DNA of 63,889 bases, the filler included, from Conidiobolus incongruus B7586 (lineage: Eukaryota): the NCBI GenBank assembly GCA_000697335.1. It is 3 parts of 3 records of this genome, joined end to end, with 100 filler letters (N's around TTAATTAATTAA, not from the genome) between each part and the next. Parts side by side here need not be neighbours in the genome. Positions count along the whole stretch, not along the records: positions 29,478 to 61,319 come from JNEM01006410.1; 2 more parts are not named here. One strand, given 5' to 3'. Under the pieces are notes generated by a model. It was given only the letters and a program-made list of their open reading frames with translations. It did no database searches and was not told where the DNA came from. Positions 38,701-53,269 of the stretch are shown here, piece by piece (within the stretch, counting starts at the first letter, position 1; every line of letters begins with the position of its first letter). A program made the translations under genes and the position numbers.

Positions 38701-41453
38701 CATTTGGAAATTCCTTTTATGATACTTGAAGATATTTAATGCAATGTTGTTATAATTAATTTATTGGTTAACCTGTATATGAATATGTATAATAGAAACT
38801 AAGGATAATAGAATCTCAATTTAGATCAATAGTCACATTAACTATAGTGAAAATTAGTTAGGTAAAATAAACCGAATAATATCGTTAAAATATTTTAAAG
38901 CTTAATTTACTTAGGTATTGGAATGACAAAATAACCATTAAATATAATTATTTTTAAAATATTTCCTGTTAAATTTTGAACCTAATATTCAAGATTTTGA
39001 CTTATATATATTGAAAATACAATCTAATTATTAAATTATTAATATATTACTATATAGTTTCCTTTTTAATTTTTTAAACTCTTTATAGATATGGTTTACA
39101 TAAATGTAATCTCATATACACTCATTTTTAAAATTTTAATTGATAGTTATCTTTTTTTATAAAAAAAACTTTAATAGAATTTTATCAAGTTTATGTAGAA
39201 ACAATGTAATAATAGTTATATTATCACTCTACTTATCATAAAATCAAATTTGTTTATTAATAATTTATATGATTCTAGAATTATAAATCAATAGACCCAA
39301 TAATATAAAATGAATGATATAAATATTAAAGCTAATATTAATTTAGAATCTATATTTGTAAATTATATGATTGTTCATTGTGTTGTGATTTATAATAAGA
39401 TGGTTGGTAGTAAATTATTTCAATAGTTGATCCAGTGAATGTTATAATCTATCAAATACTATTGCCTTAACTATCCAATCGAGATCCACCTTTAATTTTG
39501 AAATCCAATAATTAAAATAATCTCATCATAGGAAGATTTCATTTTAACCATTAAAGTCAATGGATAATTTTTGCACAATATAGATTCAGACCTCTAAATA
39601 TTTGCAACGAACGACATGATTGTGAGAAAGAAGCCGCAGTTTTTGGACAAATGTGTAAGAAGTGATGAATACTTAAATTTGATTAATGAAAAGGGTCATG
39701 TTTAATTGGTTTGACAATTTCTATCCTCTCCAGAATTGAAGAGTATTAGTTTGAGTGGAAGCTAGGAGCAACCGAGAGTCAATAGCTTCAAATCTTTTAG
39801 AACATAATTATTACTCTAGGTATTCGATATTATTTAGTTTTAAATATGATATCTGTTGTACTAAGGTAGCTTGATACTGATTTAGTATTCATTTAATAAC
39901 AGCTATGCACTTAATTTAGGACAAATAGGTTACTGACAAATATTTTACAACAATTATACTACTCATTCATGAAAAATTACAATGGATTGCTCCAAAATTT
40001 CAAACTAAATTTGTGAAATATTTTTTATTATTGAGAAATAACTGATTTTTTGTATAGATAACCTAAAATTAAGTTTTCAGCCTAATTAAGTACATTAAAT
40101 ATATTTTATGAATATACTTTATTTCAATGAAATTACTTTTAATTTAATTTTATACCTCAATTGAAAAAACCAATTAATATTTTATTCACTATTATTAAAA
40201 AATTTATGAATATGAGAGTAAAACTTGATAATATTTACTATTTGAAATGATAATGAATATGAATAATGTAAATATGTGAAAATATAAATCTTTTTTTCGA
40301 TAATAGTATATTTAATATTATATGTTTATTTCTAGTATATAAGACAATAATTAAATTAGCAGCCAACTCATTACCGCTATGCATTTTTTTCAAAGTTATT
40401 CGCAATAATATATTAAAATATTTATTTTCTGATTTATTGAAATTTGAAAAAAAAATTAATATGAGTTTTATTTTTTAAATAAAATAAAATTAATAACATC
40501 AAAATATAAATTTGGTTATATTATTGCTCTTTTATGTGGTATATGAATTATTCTAAAATTTAAACAATTTAGCCTAGATAACATGATAATTCAAGTGTTA
40601 TAATAATTGAAAGAAAAAAAATATTACTTATTGGTAAAAATTTTAGAAAATATATTATTTTTAAATTAAGAGGACAAATTTAATATGATAAAAGGTTACT
40701 AAAATTAGATCAGATTGAATTTAATTTTGCATACAATTTTATATTATTGATAAACCAAATTAATTACATATAATTGAATTTGATGATAATTTTTGTTGAT
40801 ACTTTTAATATCAAATGGTATATATTTATCATAATTTTGTTTCATTTTATATAAGAATAATTTTTTATTAAGTGTCTTCATTTATTATTAAAATTTGAAT
40901 TCGATTTAATCACAAATATTAAAATCTGGAGATAGGAAATGAATAACTATAGTTAAGCATATATATAAATTTATTAATATGATAATTGAAATTTAATTTG
41001 TGATTATCAATATTTATATTGTAGCTTGTATCACTATATATTAGATATAGAAAATAAAAAACTAAAAATCAAATTGAATGAAATTTGATAATTCTCTATT
41101 TGGAATAACTCATATTAATTAATTATTCAATAATTGAAAATGATAAATATTAATATATATATTGCAGTTTGATATTTTGAGAATATTAAAATAAATAAAC
41201 AATAATATAATAAAGTATATTGATATTGATATATTTTGAATTATAACGTTATTAAATATTAATCAATTGATGTTAGATTATAATAATTAATCAATTTCTA
41301 TATTTAAACTTTTTAATAATAAAAGATATCACAAATATATAATATGAAATAAGTTTAATATTTATATTTAATTGAAAACAGTTGCGAATTTTGAGTTTTT
41401 TACCATTTATTGGTATTTTGGAATATAAATTGTAATTATATATAGAAAATAAT

Positions 41454-41744
41454 TTAGTTACAGCCTAAAGATACTACTTCATCCTTTTCATTAACGTAAA
41501 TAGTTAATCTCTTCTCATCATATAAAAAGTCACCGGGATACTTTGCACCAAAGACGCGATGGTTTTCTGGGAGTTTGGTTCTTGGCACAAAAGTATGAGA
41601 AGTGGTGATGAATCCTTTAACTTCATCAATGTAAATAGCCTTGTTGAGTTGATTAACCCATCTGTCACCTTTACAGGATTGGAGAGTAGAGGCTTGAGCG
41701 GAGACAAGAGAGGCAGTGAGGAGAGCAAATAGATTCAAGTTCAT
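41454..41744 (-). CDS. Secreted I78/potato-inhibitor-I-like serine protease inhibitor, copy 1 (predicted P1 Phe)
   Basis: 96 aa, signal peptide ending VSA|Q, two Cys. The C-terminal RVFGAKYPGDFLYDEKRLTIYVNEKDEVVSLGC aligns without gaps to the I78-type pattern RV..PG..VTMDYR.DRLN..VD....V....CG. Confidence 0.8.
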   Translation of the reverse strand: MNLNLFALLTASLVSAQASTLQSCKGDRWVNQLNKAIYIDEVKGFITTSHTFVPRTKLPENHRVFGAKYPGDFLYDEKRLTIYVNEKDEVVSLGCN

Positions 41745-43212
41745 TATAAATTTATTATTTTTTAGATTACACAGAATTTGATGTTCAGAGTAGTATTCGT
41801 TTTGTCATTTATATAATTTATTAACTCAAAGATTGATCAATGATATAATTATCACCAAATTATCTATAACAATATATTAGATCAAAATTATATAATAAGA
41901 ACCATATTACATATCCTCAGACTTAAATAACCCAAAATTGCTTATCCCGAATTGATAAGCAAAATTCTGAATAATTCAAAAATTCAAAAAAAAATTGATA
42001 ATTCAATGCAAGATCTCACAAAAGTTGAATTAATACATCTGAATACATATATTAAGTAATATTACGTACAACTTGATATTTATATTCATTCAAAATGATT
42101 TATGTAATTAGTGTTCTTAATATTATATAAATCGCATTTAGAAAAATCACTAATTATATGATTAATAAAAATCGCATTAATATCATAATTTTAGCCAAGT
42201 TACATCAACTCAATATTATGATTTAAATCATTAAAATATTTGTTAATAAAACGATATTTTTAAAATTTAATAAATAAAATTCACTATATACAATATAACT
42301 ATATATTCCAGTATTGAAAAATTATTATTTCAGTTTTGTAAATTAATATTTAGAGTAATTTTCAAATTAGAAAAAATGATATCGCTTACTCATCATTACT
42401 TACATTTTTTATATTATAATTATTATTAATTGTTTGATATGAAAAAAAAAACCTAAAAGCATACTTAAGACTAATATTACCATATGATTATAACAATTAT
42501 AATTATATCGAGTAAATTTAAAATCATTAAAAAATCATTATTTTATTTTCTTATTCAAAAATAATAATTATTATAATTTTAAATTTCGTTTAATAAATTA
42601 TCAGAAAGTATTAGTTCAAAATAAATAGAATTAAAACCTTTATTGTCTAGATAAACATATATATATATATATATATATCAATTCAGTATTATCTGATTGG
42701 AATTATAATTCAAATCATAGATACTTTATTCTATAAAATCCCAAATATTAAATTGAAACTGAATTTGACTTTTTGAATCAAACAAAAGCATTTAACAAAT
42801 CTTCATATTTTCAATATATATGTATTTTTAAGTTTCATACAATTTGAGATTCTTTTAAATCATTAATTGTTAAAGAAATATTAATCGTATAAAGATCATT
42901 TAAAATTTAGAATTATATATTTTTTAATGATAATAATTCAATAAAAAATTATTAACTTAAAATTTAAACAAAAAATTGATTGGATAATCATTGTGAGAAT
43001 TAAAATATTAGTTATTAATAAATAAATAAAAATATTAAAAATGAAAGATGATTAAATATAAATTTTATGATATAGCATCTTTTTCAATTGATTAAAATAA
43101 TAAACTAAGTTTCAATAATTAAATTCAATAATTATTAACTGTATTTAATTCAATTGTTATATAATATTAAATTGATTTATTTATAATCTACTATAAATTT
43201 AAAAAAGTTATT

Positions 43213-43503
43213 TTAGTTACATCCTAAAGAGATCACTTCATCTCTTTCATTGACATAAATAGTTAATCTTTGTTCATTATAGGCGAAGTCGCCGGGATAT
43301 TTGGCACCTAAGACGCGATGGTTTTCTGGGAGTTTGGATCTTTGGACAAAAGTATGAGAAGTGGTGATGAATCCTTTAACTTCATCAATATAAATGGCTT
43401 TGTTGAGTTGATTGACCCATCTGTCACCTTTGCAGGATTGGAGAGTAGAAGCTTGAGCGGAGACGAGAGGAGCGGCCAAGAGAGCGAATAACTTGAAGTT
43501 CAT
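43213..43503 (-). CDS. Secreted I78-like inhibitor, copy 2 (predicted P1 Phe)
   Basis: 96-aa paralog; loop PGDFAYNEQRL. Confidence 0.8.
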   Translation of the reverse strand: MNFKLFALLAAPLVSAQASTLQSCKGDRWVNQLNKAIYIDEVKGFITTSHTFVQRSKLPENHRVLGAKYPGDFAYNEQRLTIYVNERDEVISLGCN

Positions 43504-46330
43504 TGTGCTGTAATTGGTTAATTGAATGAAACGGATTTGATATTGAACTTACCTTCTGTTGTTCAGTCTTTTATACTAAACATTACTCAAAAGTTGAAAT
43601 AATACAAAAACATATCCAATATTAATTTTTTTGAATATTTTTTATTTCAGGAGAAATTTACCCTAATAAGAGCACGATCATATAATTCAAATTTTTATTT
43701 TTTTGGATAATTAATAAACTTTTCCAGATATCCATAAGAAGCTATATGGAATATTTAGGAAATTTATTGCTTGCCTCTAATATAATCAATAAACTATGAT
43801 TGAATTGAGGTTAACTGAGGGGATTGATTTTTCTAAATTGTTAATTGATTCAATTGCTATCCATTGTTGAGCCAAAGTGTTCTGTTTTTCTATTTTTAAA
43901 TAATTATATATTGTAAATAAATAAAGGTGAGCAAATTTAGCATTAAAATACACTTCAAAAAGGTTATCTTAAAATTGATGTTATATACTAATTGAAATGT
44001 ATGCCACTCTACTGAGTTATTATTTCAATCTAGAAAATTGGTTATATAAATGAATTCAAATTTGGTAAATAAAAATTAATTTTATGACAATTAATTGAGT
44101 TATAATAAATAATCCAGAATACTCTGAATTTTTAGTTTGGTAAATAGGAATTCCTTAAAGAGTAATTGGTTCATTTTCTCCAACAATTTTTGAGTTTATT
44201 ATTTAATCCCTAAGGCATTTTAGCTCCAACAATCAAATCCATTTAGAATATTTTATTGAATATGAGCTATTTTTTATCCAACCAGATTGTTAACAATAAA
44301 CTTTCCTCTAATATCTCAAACACAAAATATCCATAAAATTGAATTCATGGATAAAAGAAATATTAACAAATTGTAAAATAAAAGAATATCCATTTTTGCA
44401 AGTATAAGTTGAATTATAAGAATTTTTTGAAAATCATTGAAAAAAAAGAATATGATGATTAATGTGGTTAACTTGTTAAGTAGATATCATGATAAAAAAT
44501 GGAATACATATTTAAATTATATTAAATATTTTTATTGATTATCTATTGATATATTAAACAATTATATTTATGTGAATTTGATTATATTCATTTTTATACT
44601 GATATTATTTAAATTTTAAATTTTTTAATTATTTGGTTCTGATGGAAAAAGTAATTGGTGGATCACAATTTACAATCCGAAAAGTGAAAACATTTAATGA
44701 TAAATTTAGCTATTTCATCATGAAAATTTCACAGCTGATACATTATTATTATCATTAAATATCAATTACCAATATAATAAGGCTATTAGTCTTCTATTGT
44801 TTTTCTAATTTGACAATATAATGAATTTTCAAAAATAAATTTCATAAATTTACCTACCTATTGATTTAGCATGATAATTAATGAATTATATTTACCTAAC
44901 TTTTCAATTTTAAATATAAAACTGATACTTTATGCATATATTTTATTTCAAGAATTTGAAAATTTAAAATTGTTCATTTTATAAAATTAATTGAATAGTC
45001 ACTTAACTCAATAATTTCATAAATTTAATTATAAATATTCGAATATTTTTAATTATTATTATATCATCAATTAATAAATGAATTGGTTACAATTATGGTT
45101 AAATTATATATTAGATAATAAGTAAATTCACTTGATGATATAAATCTTAATACATATTAAATATGGATGAATGTATTCAATATATTGACCATGTAATACT
45201 ACGTAATAATTTGCAATAAAAGTATATTCTATATATAGTAATATGAATCTCAGAGGATCCTTTCCAACCTTTCATATGCTGATATTACAAAATTAATCAA
45301 ATTTGGTTAATATAAAATCATATTTGATTACAAAAGCTAATTGAGAAAATGATTTGACTTAATAACAGCTTGCATATAAAAATAATCAGTTCAAGTTGTA
45401 AACTATATTAGAATAACAGTAGGATAAATGTCTTGATATTAATATATAGAATTGAATTAACCTAAAGAAATCTAATATGTAATATTTGTTTGATTTTTAT
45501 TTTCAAAATCATTGAATCATTTGACTTTATTAGGTATAGTAATATTTTATTATAATTTAGTTGCAAATATAAGAGAAATATTAATTGCTATATTATATCA
45601 TCATTAAATTCCAAAATTAATAAAATTAACATAATGGAAAGCTATGTAAAACTATTTAAAAAAACCGAATTTGGCATTAATACTTAATCTGAGTAGATAT
45701 TATCAAAAAATATGGATCATAATGATATAGTCTAATTCGATATTACTGAATATCAATATTATAGGTTACAAGTAAATAGCAACTAAAACATTGTCTAAAT
45801 ATTATTTTATGAAATATATATGGCATAAACCTTGACAAAATTTTTAATTATTATATTTAATAAAACAAACTAGTATTAATTTAATACAGCTGTAAAAATC
45901 ATTATCTAATCTCCTAATAGAATACTAATAATTCGAATAATTATGAAGATTTATTTAAATTCGTATTGACATAAATATTATCTGATATTGACAATAATTA
46001 TTGAGACAAAATTAACTTTGAGATTTTGAAAAAATACCTTATATTACCAATTATTCAAAAGTCAAAATTATAAAATTGATCATTGCTCCAATTAAAAAGA
46101 GGGTATAACCTTTGTAGAATTATCATAGTTCAAATGAGAAGATACCTGAGGAAAATATTGATGAATATTTTTGTGATTAAAAGTAATAATCTAAAAATTG
46201 TATTGAATTAAATAATAAGAATTATTATTATTATTATTATTATCATTATTTGGTATTAATAACAGCTAATTTTATTTTAAATCAAAGAATATTAAAAGAT
46301 CTCTATCGGTAATAACTTTCATTGAATACT

Positions 46331-46621
46331 TTAGTTACATCTTAAAGAGATGACTTCATTTCTTTCATTGACAGTAATAGTTAATCTTTCGATGAAATAG
46401 GCTTTGTCACCAGGATACTTGGGTCCGACAACACGGTGACGAGTAGGAAGTTGGGATCTTGGGATAAAAGATTCAGAAGTAGTGATAAATCCTTTAACTT
46501 CATCAATATAAATGGCTTTGTTGAGTTGATTGACCCATCTGTCACCTTTGCAGGATTGGAGAGTAGAAGCTTGAGCGGAGACGAGAGGAGCGGCCAAGAG
46601 AGCGAATAACTTGAAGTTCAT
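46331..46621 (-). CDS. Secreted I78-like inhibitor, copy 3 (predicted P1 Lys)
   Basis: 96-aa paralog; loop PGDKAYFIERL. Confidence 0.8.
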   Translation of the reverse strand: MNFKLFALLAAPLVSAQASTLQSCKGDRWVNQLNKAIYIDEVKGFITTSESFIPRSQLPTRHRVVGPKYPGDKAYFIERLTITVNERNEVISLRCN

Positions 46622-48937
46622 TGTGCTGTAATTGGTTAATTGAATGAAACGGATTTGATATTGAACTTACCTTCTGTTGTCCAGTCTTTTATACTAAAAA
46701 TCACTCAAAAATTGACACTCAATAATAAAATACCCAATATTGAAAAATCTGAATATTGTCCATTGTTGAAGTAATAAGCATTTGCCATGTTGTTATATTG
46801 CAGAAATCAATTTTGATGCGAATACAGATCGAATGTTTAATCTTATTCGTTGGTATATTAAATATGTGTATATTATTAAATTTAATTGAAAAAAAATAAA
46901 GCATATTTAAACAAAAAAAATTTACAAATTGCTAGTAATTCAATTTAATAAGAACTATTTTGTGTTTAACTTTATAATCCGCATTTGAAAATAATAGAAT
47001 TGAGGTTTATTACTAAAAATAGAATTCTAAATTTTTAACAATTTTATTTATCAACTAAACTTTGTATTCTTTCCTTTTTATTATTAACTATTATTTCTAA
47101 TTGTTTTATTTAACATTGAATATGAGGAATAAATATTTCAAAATTACTAAAAAGAGCCGATTAAATTTAAATTTCTTCCATTTTATCGCTATAGAAATTG
47201 AAAAGCACGTTAACAAAATTAATAATAATAATAATAAAATAAATTTATATTAGTTTTACTATTGAAATATATTATCAAATAATTTTCTTCTAATTAAAAT
47301 TTTAATGAAATTATTCTTTTAATAATTTTTATTAAAATTAAAATAATCCACAGATTATTGAGACTATAAAATATTTAATAATTTATTTATCCATCAGAAT
47401 TTTTTAAAAAATAATTATAATTAGTAGGTATTATAAAAATAAATATAATTTGAAATTACTAGTTTAGAACTGTTAATATCCACTTTTGTGTGCAAAAATA
47501 AATATAGAGCAAAGTTTAAATGGAAATCTATTAATCTAGTAATTTATTTATAATTCAGAATATTCTTAATTTACATTATAAAATATTTTACACTACTATA
47601 ATAAATAATTTGTTCATTTTATTCAATTTTTGAGTTTTATAATGGGTTAAATAATTTTTCAGGTCTTAATATGAAATTTGATTCTCTAAATTATCTTAAA
47701 ATATTACCCAATATTTTAAATTGATCATTTAAATATTTAATAAATTTTCAGTAATACTGTTTGTTAAAGTTTTAATTGTTATATTATTATATAATATAGA
47801 GTTCTATATTATATAAAAATTAAAATGGTATTAATAAACGTGTTTTTATAATTTTTTTTATATTATATTGTCTTATATTTTTTTAAATTTTCAAATTGAT
47901 TATAAATCCAATCGAATTTTTAAAATTAAAATATATATATAATTAATATAAAGATTTCTTTGTTAAAAAATATAATATTTTTTCAATATAAAGTATTTGA
48001 TATTAATAAATATTACTTTTCTTTATTTTTTGTAAAGTATATTTATTTTCGAAAAGTTATTAGATTTTAATGTCTATGAAATTTTAAATTTGAGTTCAAG
48101 TATGATTATAAAATATTACATATAAACCAATAGAGAAATTATTCAAATATAATAAAATACCAAAGTTTATATCTTCTATATTAGTATGTATATACATTAT
48201 ACTTTATCTATCAATTAAATAATTTTTCCATTATGAAATTTTTAATATATTTATTGATAAAAAATATTCTTTAATTTGCAACTTATTTGCATTTCTTTTT
48301 AAATTATAATTTAAATAATTACTTTTAATTTATTGAGTTTTTTTTCAATATTTCTATTAAATTGAAATCATTCTATAAGAAATAAAATGAAAATGTAATA
48401 AATATATCAATAGTTCAGTATATTTAAATAATAAAATTAAGTATTCATTATTATTTTTTAACTCCTTGAATAAATAGGTTTAATAGAATGGTTATCTTAT
48501 CCAAATTATGAATATATTTAAAAAAAATAAAATAAATAGTAACTAATGTTATTTATTACCTATTAATATTATTAAATATGAAACTTTAACTGTTGTTATC
48601 AGTTCATTAATTAATTGAATTAATATTTAAAAATAATATAATATTTCTTAGAAAATATATTAAGTTATATTTAAAATCAATTTATTATATTATTATAATT
48701 TGGAAAAAATAGATTAAATTTACTTGAATATATAATTAAAATAAATTTACATATTAAAATGTTATTATAATTTGACTTAATTATCTTTTTCAAAAATATA
48801 GTCATATTTTATTTAAAAATTGTTTAAATCAAAGAATTCTCAAAAATATTTATGAGTTAAAATTAAAAGCATAAAATTCTTTGATTATAAAGGTCATTCT
48901 TTCAAAGATCTATATATCAAATATATTTTAAGAGTAC

Positions 48938-49228
48938 TCAGTTACATCCTAAAGAGATGACTTCATTTCTTTCATTGACAGTAATAGTTAATCTTTCGAT
49001 GAAATAGGCTTTGTCACCAGGATACTTGGGTCCGACAACACGGTGACGAGTAGGAAGTTGGGATCTTGGGATAAAAGATTCAGAAGTAGTGATAAATCCT
49101 TTAACTTCATCAATATAAATGGCTTTGTCGAGTTGATTGACCCATCTGTCACCTTTGCAGGATTGGAGAGTAGAAGCTTGAGCGGAGACGAGAGGAGCGG
49201 CCAAGAGAGCGAATAACTTGAAGTTCAT
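48938..49228 (-). CDS. Secreted I78-like inhibitor, copy 4 (predicted P1 Lys)
   Basis: 96-aa paralog differing from copy 3 at two residues; loop PGDKAYFIERL. Confidence 0.8.
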   Translation of the reverse strand: MNFKLFALLAAPLVSAQASTLQSCKGDRWVNQLDKAIYIDEVKGFITTSESFIPRSQLPTRHRVVGPKYPGDKAYFIERLTITVNERNEVISLGCN

Positions 49229-51169
49229 TGTGCTGTAATTGGTTAATTGAATGAAACGGATTTGATATTGAACTTACCTTCTGTTGTCCAGTCTTTTATA
49301 CTAAAAATCACTCAAAAATTGATACTAAATAATAAAATATCCAATATTGATAGATCTAAACATCGTCTATTGTTGGAGAAATTTCAGTTAATATGATTAA
49401 TATTATACACAAAATAAATATATCGCAATCCGCATTTTCAGAATTATTGAATTGAGGGTTATACGTGAGAATAACTAATTTATACTATATAATTATGAAT
49501 TTAATATCAATTACCATAGAATGAAATTATTATTATCCACTTTGTTTTATTAGGTATTGCTTTTTATTTATAATAAATATGATTTTTGCAGAGTACATAT
49601 TTTGAAAATATTTAACCTTATCAATTTTCTAAAACGGTTATTTTAATAATATAATAGATTATTGTGATTTAATGGTTATATAATAGGGTCTCAATAATTA
49701 TATAAGTTTTTCCATATATTTTTTTAAAAAAATTATTTGAAGATTTTAAAAATATAAGAGAATAGAATCTAATCAAACTATTTTAATATTAAAGCATAGA
49801 ATATTAAACCAATATTTATATATTTATAACTAAAACATAGATTAAAAATAATTATAATTTTATATACCAAATATTATCAAATTAAGTTGTAATTTAAATG
49901 TGTCGATCCTTTTAATTGATTGGCCCGACCTTATTTGATTATCGAGGCCAAAGTGTATTATTTTTGAAAAAGATAATTAAGTCACAATAATAAAAATTTA
50001 TTTAATAATTAAAAACAAATTTATGTCAGTTATTTAATTTTCTCACGAATCATTTTTATTATCACACGCTTAATTTCTTGAGTAAATTGCAAATAGGTTT
50101 AAATTTTCTCGCTTTAAAAAAAATTTTTTTTAAAAAAATTTAATTACAATTATAAATCAAAATTATTTGATATGAACTAGATATTATTAAAAAAAATTTT
50201 TCAGTAATTATACCAAAATTTTAAATTAAAAATGAAGTAAAATTCAATTTTAATAATTAATTTTAGGATATATTGCAATCCAATTTTATGTACAAAAATA
50301 TTTTTTAGCTAGATTTTCAAGGAAAAACTACTAAACTTATTTCCATGAAAAATTCAGAATATTCTTTAAATTACACAATTTATGGATAAAAATTCTTAAA
50401 ATAGTAATTGGTTCATTTTGTACACCAATTTTTGAGTTTGATAATTTGAACCCTAAATTTTTACATCACTAATATTAAATTAATAGATGACTTAGTTTGT
50501 AATTATTCTATTTTTTCTATATTCATAATAATTATTTGGTTATATTCACTATATTAATAGTAAAATATAATACAATTATCACTAATAATAACTATAAATA
50601 TAAACATTTTTATTATTATTTTATCATAAACAGTATTATTATTATTATTATTATTATTATCAATTCAAATTATTTTCAACTTAAATTATGATTATTAAAA
50701 AATTTCAGTGCGGTTTTACTTAATATCTAATTAATATAAAAATTTAATGTGAATCTGAGAGAATTTATTAAATTAATTGGTTTAATCAATATTATTAGTA
50801 ATTCTATTGAGGTTAATATACTTTTGACTATATAATATTATAGTTATTTTTAATTATATTTCATTAATCAGCCAATATATATAATCTTTGTTAATATGTC
50901 AATATTAAACAAATGATTATGTATTATGACAAATATTGAATATTGAAAAAATCTCTATAATAAATAATATCATGATTTTTTAACAATAATTTAGATTTTT
51001 TTTGTAGGTAAATTTGAGTTTCGTTATTATTGTATTACGATGTTATGATATGTTAATGAAATCATTTAAAAATATTTATTAATACTCATTTAAATTATAT
51101 GAGGATACAATAATATGAACTTTTTAGTGTATATTCTTAAAATTTAATAAAATAAGGTTTCACGTGATT

Positions 51170-51430
51170 TTTAGGATTTATCTCACTGTTCAATTTGTGT
51201 TAATGTTGAGAGTCAATTTCTTCTCACAGATATTCTATTACACTTCGAAATCTTATTCCTTTTACCACTATCAACGATATCATGAACAGATTACGGTTTC
51301 TCGAATAATCTCACAAAATTTTTATCCAAATTTTGTTAATATTTTAGTACCTTTTACAGCCTTGGAAAATATTTAGATTTATAAACTTAATTTCAATTAG
51401 TAAAGATCGGCACAAATAGAAATAATTATT
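51170..51430 (-). pseudogene. Possible old pseudogene of the inhibitor family
   Basis: Minus-strand fragments LFLFVPIF, NIFQGCKRY*NINKI (cf. TLQSCKGDRWVNQL) and EKKLTLNINTN*TVR (cf. EKRLTIYVNEKDEVV) occur in the right order and orientation, midway between copies 4 and 5. Confidence 0.5.
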
Positions 51431-52978
51431 ATCCTTCGGAGCGAATATATTGAATACAGAATCTTTTAAATATATTTCAATCATAATAAATATATGATTT
51501 TTTTAATAATTAATTTAATCAATATTAGTATGTTATCCTTTTTCGAGTACATTATTAAATTTTCATTATCTAATTAATTTTCATTATTATACTGTATTAA
51601 ACATTGTCATTTGATTAATGAAACTAACTAAATTAAAAATATTATATATTTTTATATAGAATAATTATTTAATCTTTGAGCTTTAAAATTAAAATAAAAT
51701 TATCATATTTTATTAAAAATTTTAAATAATTAAATTATAACAAAAAAATTTAAATTATATTTTGATTAAAAATAAAAATTAAATAATTTAATTGATTTAA
51801 TGAAAAAAATATTTTCTAATAAAAGTTTATTATTTATATATTTTTCATTAATTTAAAAAAGATTAATATTATGAAATAAATCTAAATATAATCTTGTGAA
51901 GTGTATTTTGATAATTATTAATTATAATAATAAATATACTATGACCGTCACTATCATAAATAAAATATAAAGCACATTTAGAAGAAAATGAGATATACTA
52001 ATGTAAATATTATTTTTCATAAATTAAATTCCATTAAAAATGAAGAGTATTAAAAAATTTGCATTTGTAAATTAAAATAAGTGAGAATTATGTTAGTTCT
52101 CTAAAATCTGATTAGGAAATAAAGAAAAAAACTGTTATCTGATATAATAAAATATGGTCAAATATGAAAACTAAATGATATAAGTTTAATACGCTATTTA
52201 ATTATATCAATAATTGTGAACTATTTTTGGAACACAATTTTAAAATTTTTTAAATAATTAATATACAAATATATTTGATATTAATATAAAATTTATTGAA
52301 TTGAGGGATATATAAACTAAATCAAATAATATATGTATTTTAAAATTATTTCTAATTTTATTTAAATCAAAATTTAGAAAGAAATATTATGTTAATGAAT
52401 ATGAATAGACTATATTTATACAAGATATTTAATAAACCAAGTCCAATTATTGCTTTATCCATTATATTTTTCAATTAAACTTATTTTAATTAATTCAATA
52501 CTCTGTTTACCTTTATCAAAATCTAGAACCATTCTCCTTATTCGATTTAAGTGTTTAAAATCTATTTTTCAATATATTAAAATTTTAGATTATAAAAATT
52601 ATTAATTTTCGATCATACTTGATGTCAATGGTATTGAGTTCAAGAGTTTAGCAGACAAATATAAGAGAGTATAGGTTTATTAATTTTTGACAAAAATATG
52701 ACCTATGGCTTTTAATAAGGATGGTTTATATTATATTCAATACCCCCACAATATATGATAATGAGATTTTTTCTTATAAGTTAAAATAATATATCATAAA
52801 ATTTTTCTTCGATTAACTTAGATTGAAATATTAAAATATATGTTAGATAATTATTTTAGTTAAATCAATCAAAATCAGAAATTAATATATTAATTAATTA
52901 TTATAATAATATATTATTTTAATTTGAATTTAAAAATTATTTATTTAAAATCTATAATAATTTTAATATTTAATAAAT

Positions 52979-53269
52979 TTAGACACATACTAAAGATTCA
53001 ACTTCATTGTTTTCATTGACAAAAATGGTCAATCTTTCAACAAAATAAGCATAATCGCCAGGGTACTTGGGACCAACGACGCGATGGCGTTCAGGGAGTT
53101 GGGATCTTGGGATAAAAGCGTCAGAAGTGGTAACAAATCCATTAACTTCATCAATGTAATGGGCTTTAGTGAGTTGGTTAACCCATTTATCACCTTTGCA
53201 GGATTGGAGATTAGAGACTTGAGCGGAGACGAGAGGAGCGGCCAAGAGAGCGAATAACTTGAAGTTCAT
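52979..53269 (-). CDS. Secreted I78-like inhibitor, copy 5 (predicted P1 Tyr)
   Basis: 96-aa paralog, the most divergent intact copy; loop PGDYAYFVERL. Confidence 0.8.
   Translation of the reverse strand: MNFKLFALLAAPLVSAQVSNLQSCKGDKWVNQLTKAHYIDEVNGFVTTSDAFIPRSQLPERHRVVGPKYPGDYAYFVERLTIFVNENNEVESLVCV

Noticed and set aside
36340..39800. Possible Tc1/IS630 scraps (VLEWP at ~36342; MDNF...NEKGHV..SPELKSI at ~39560-39750)
   Set aside because: Only a few residues match, and no TIRs were found.
1510..50660. (TA)n tracts (~1510, 2845, 10427, 27855, 42658) and (ATT)n tracts (~46222, 50633)
   Set aside because: Ordinary microsatellites in AT-rich DNA; no repeat-spacer (CRISPR-like) structure anywhere in the window.
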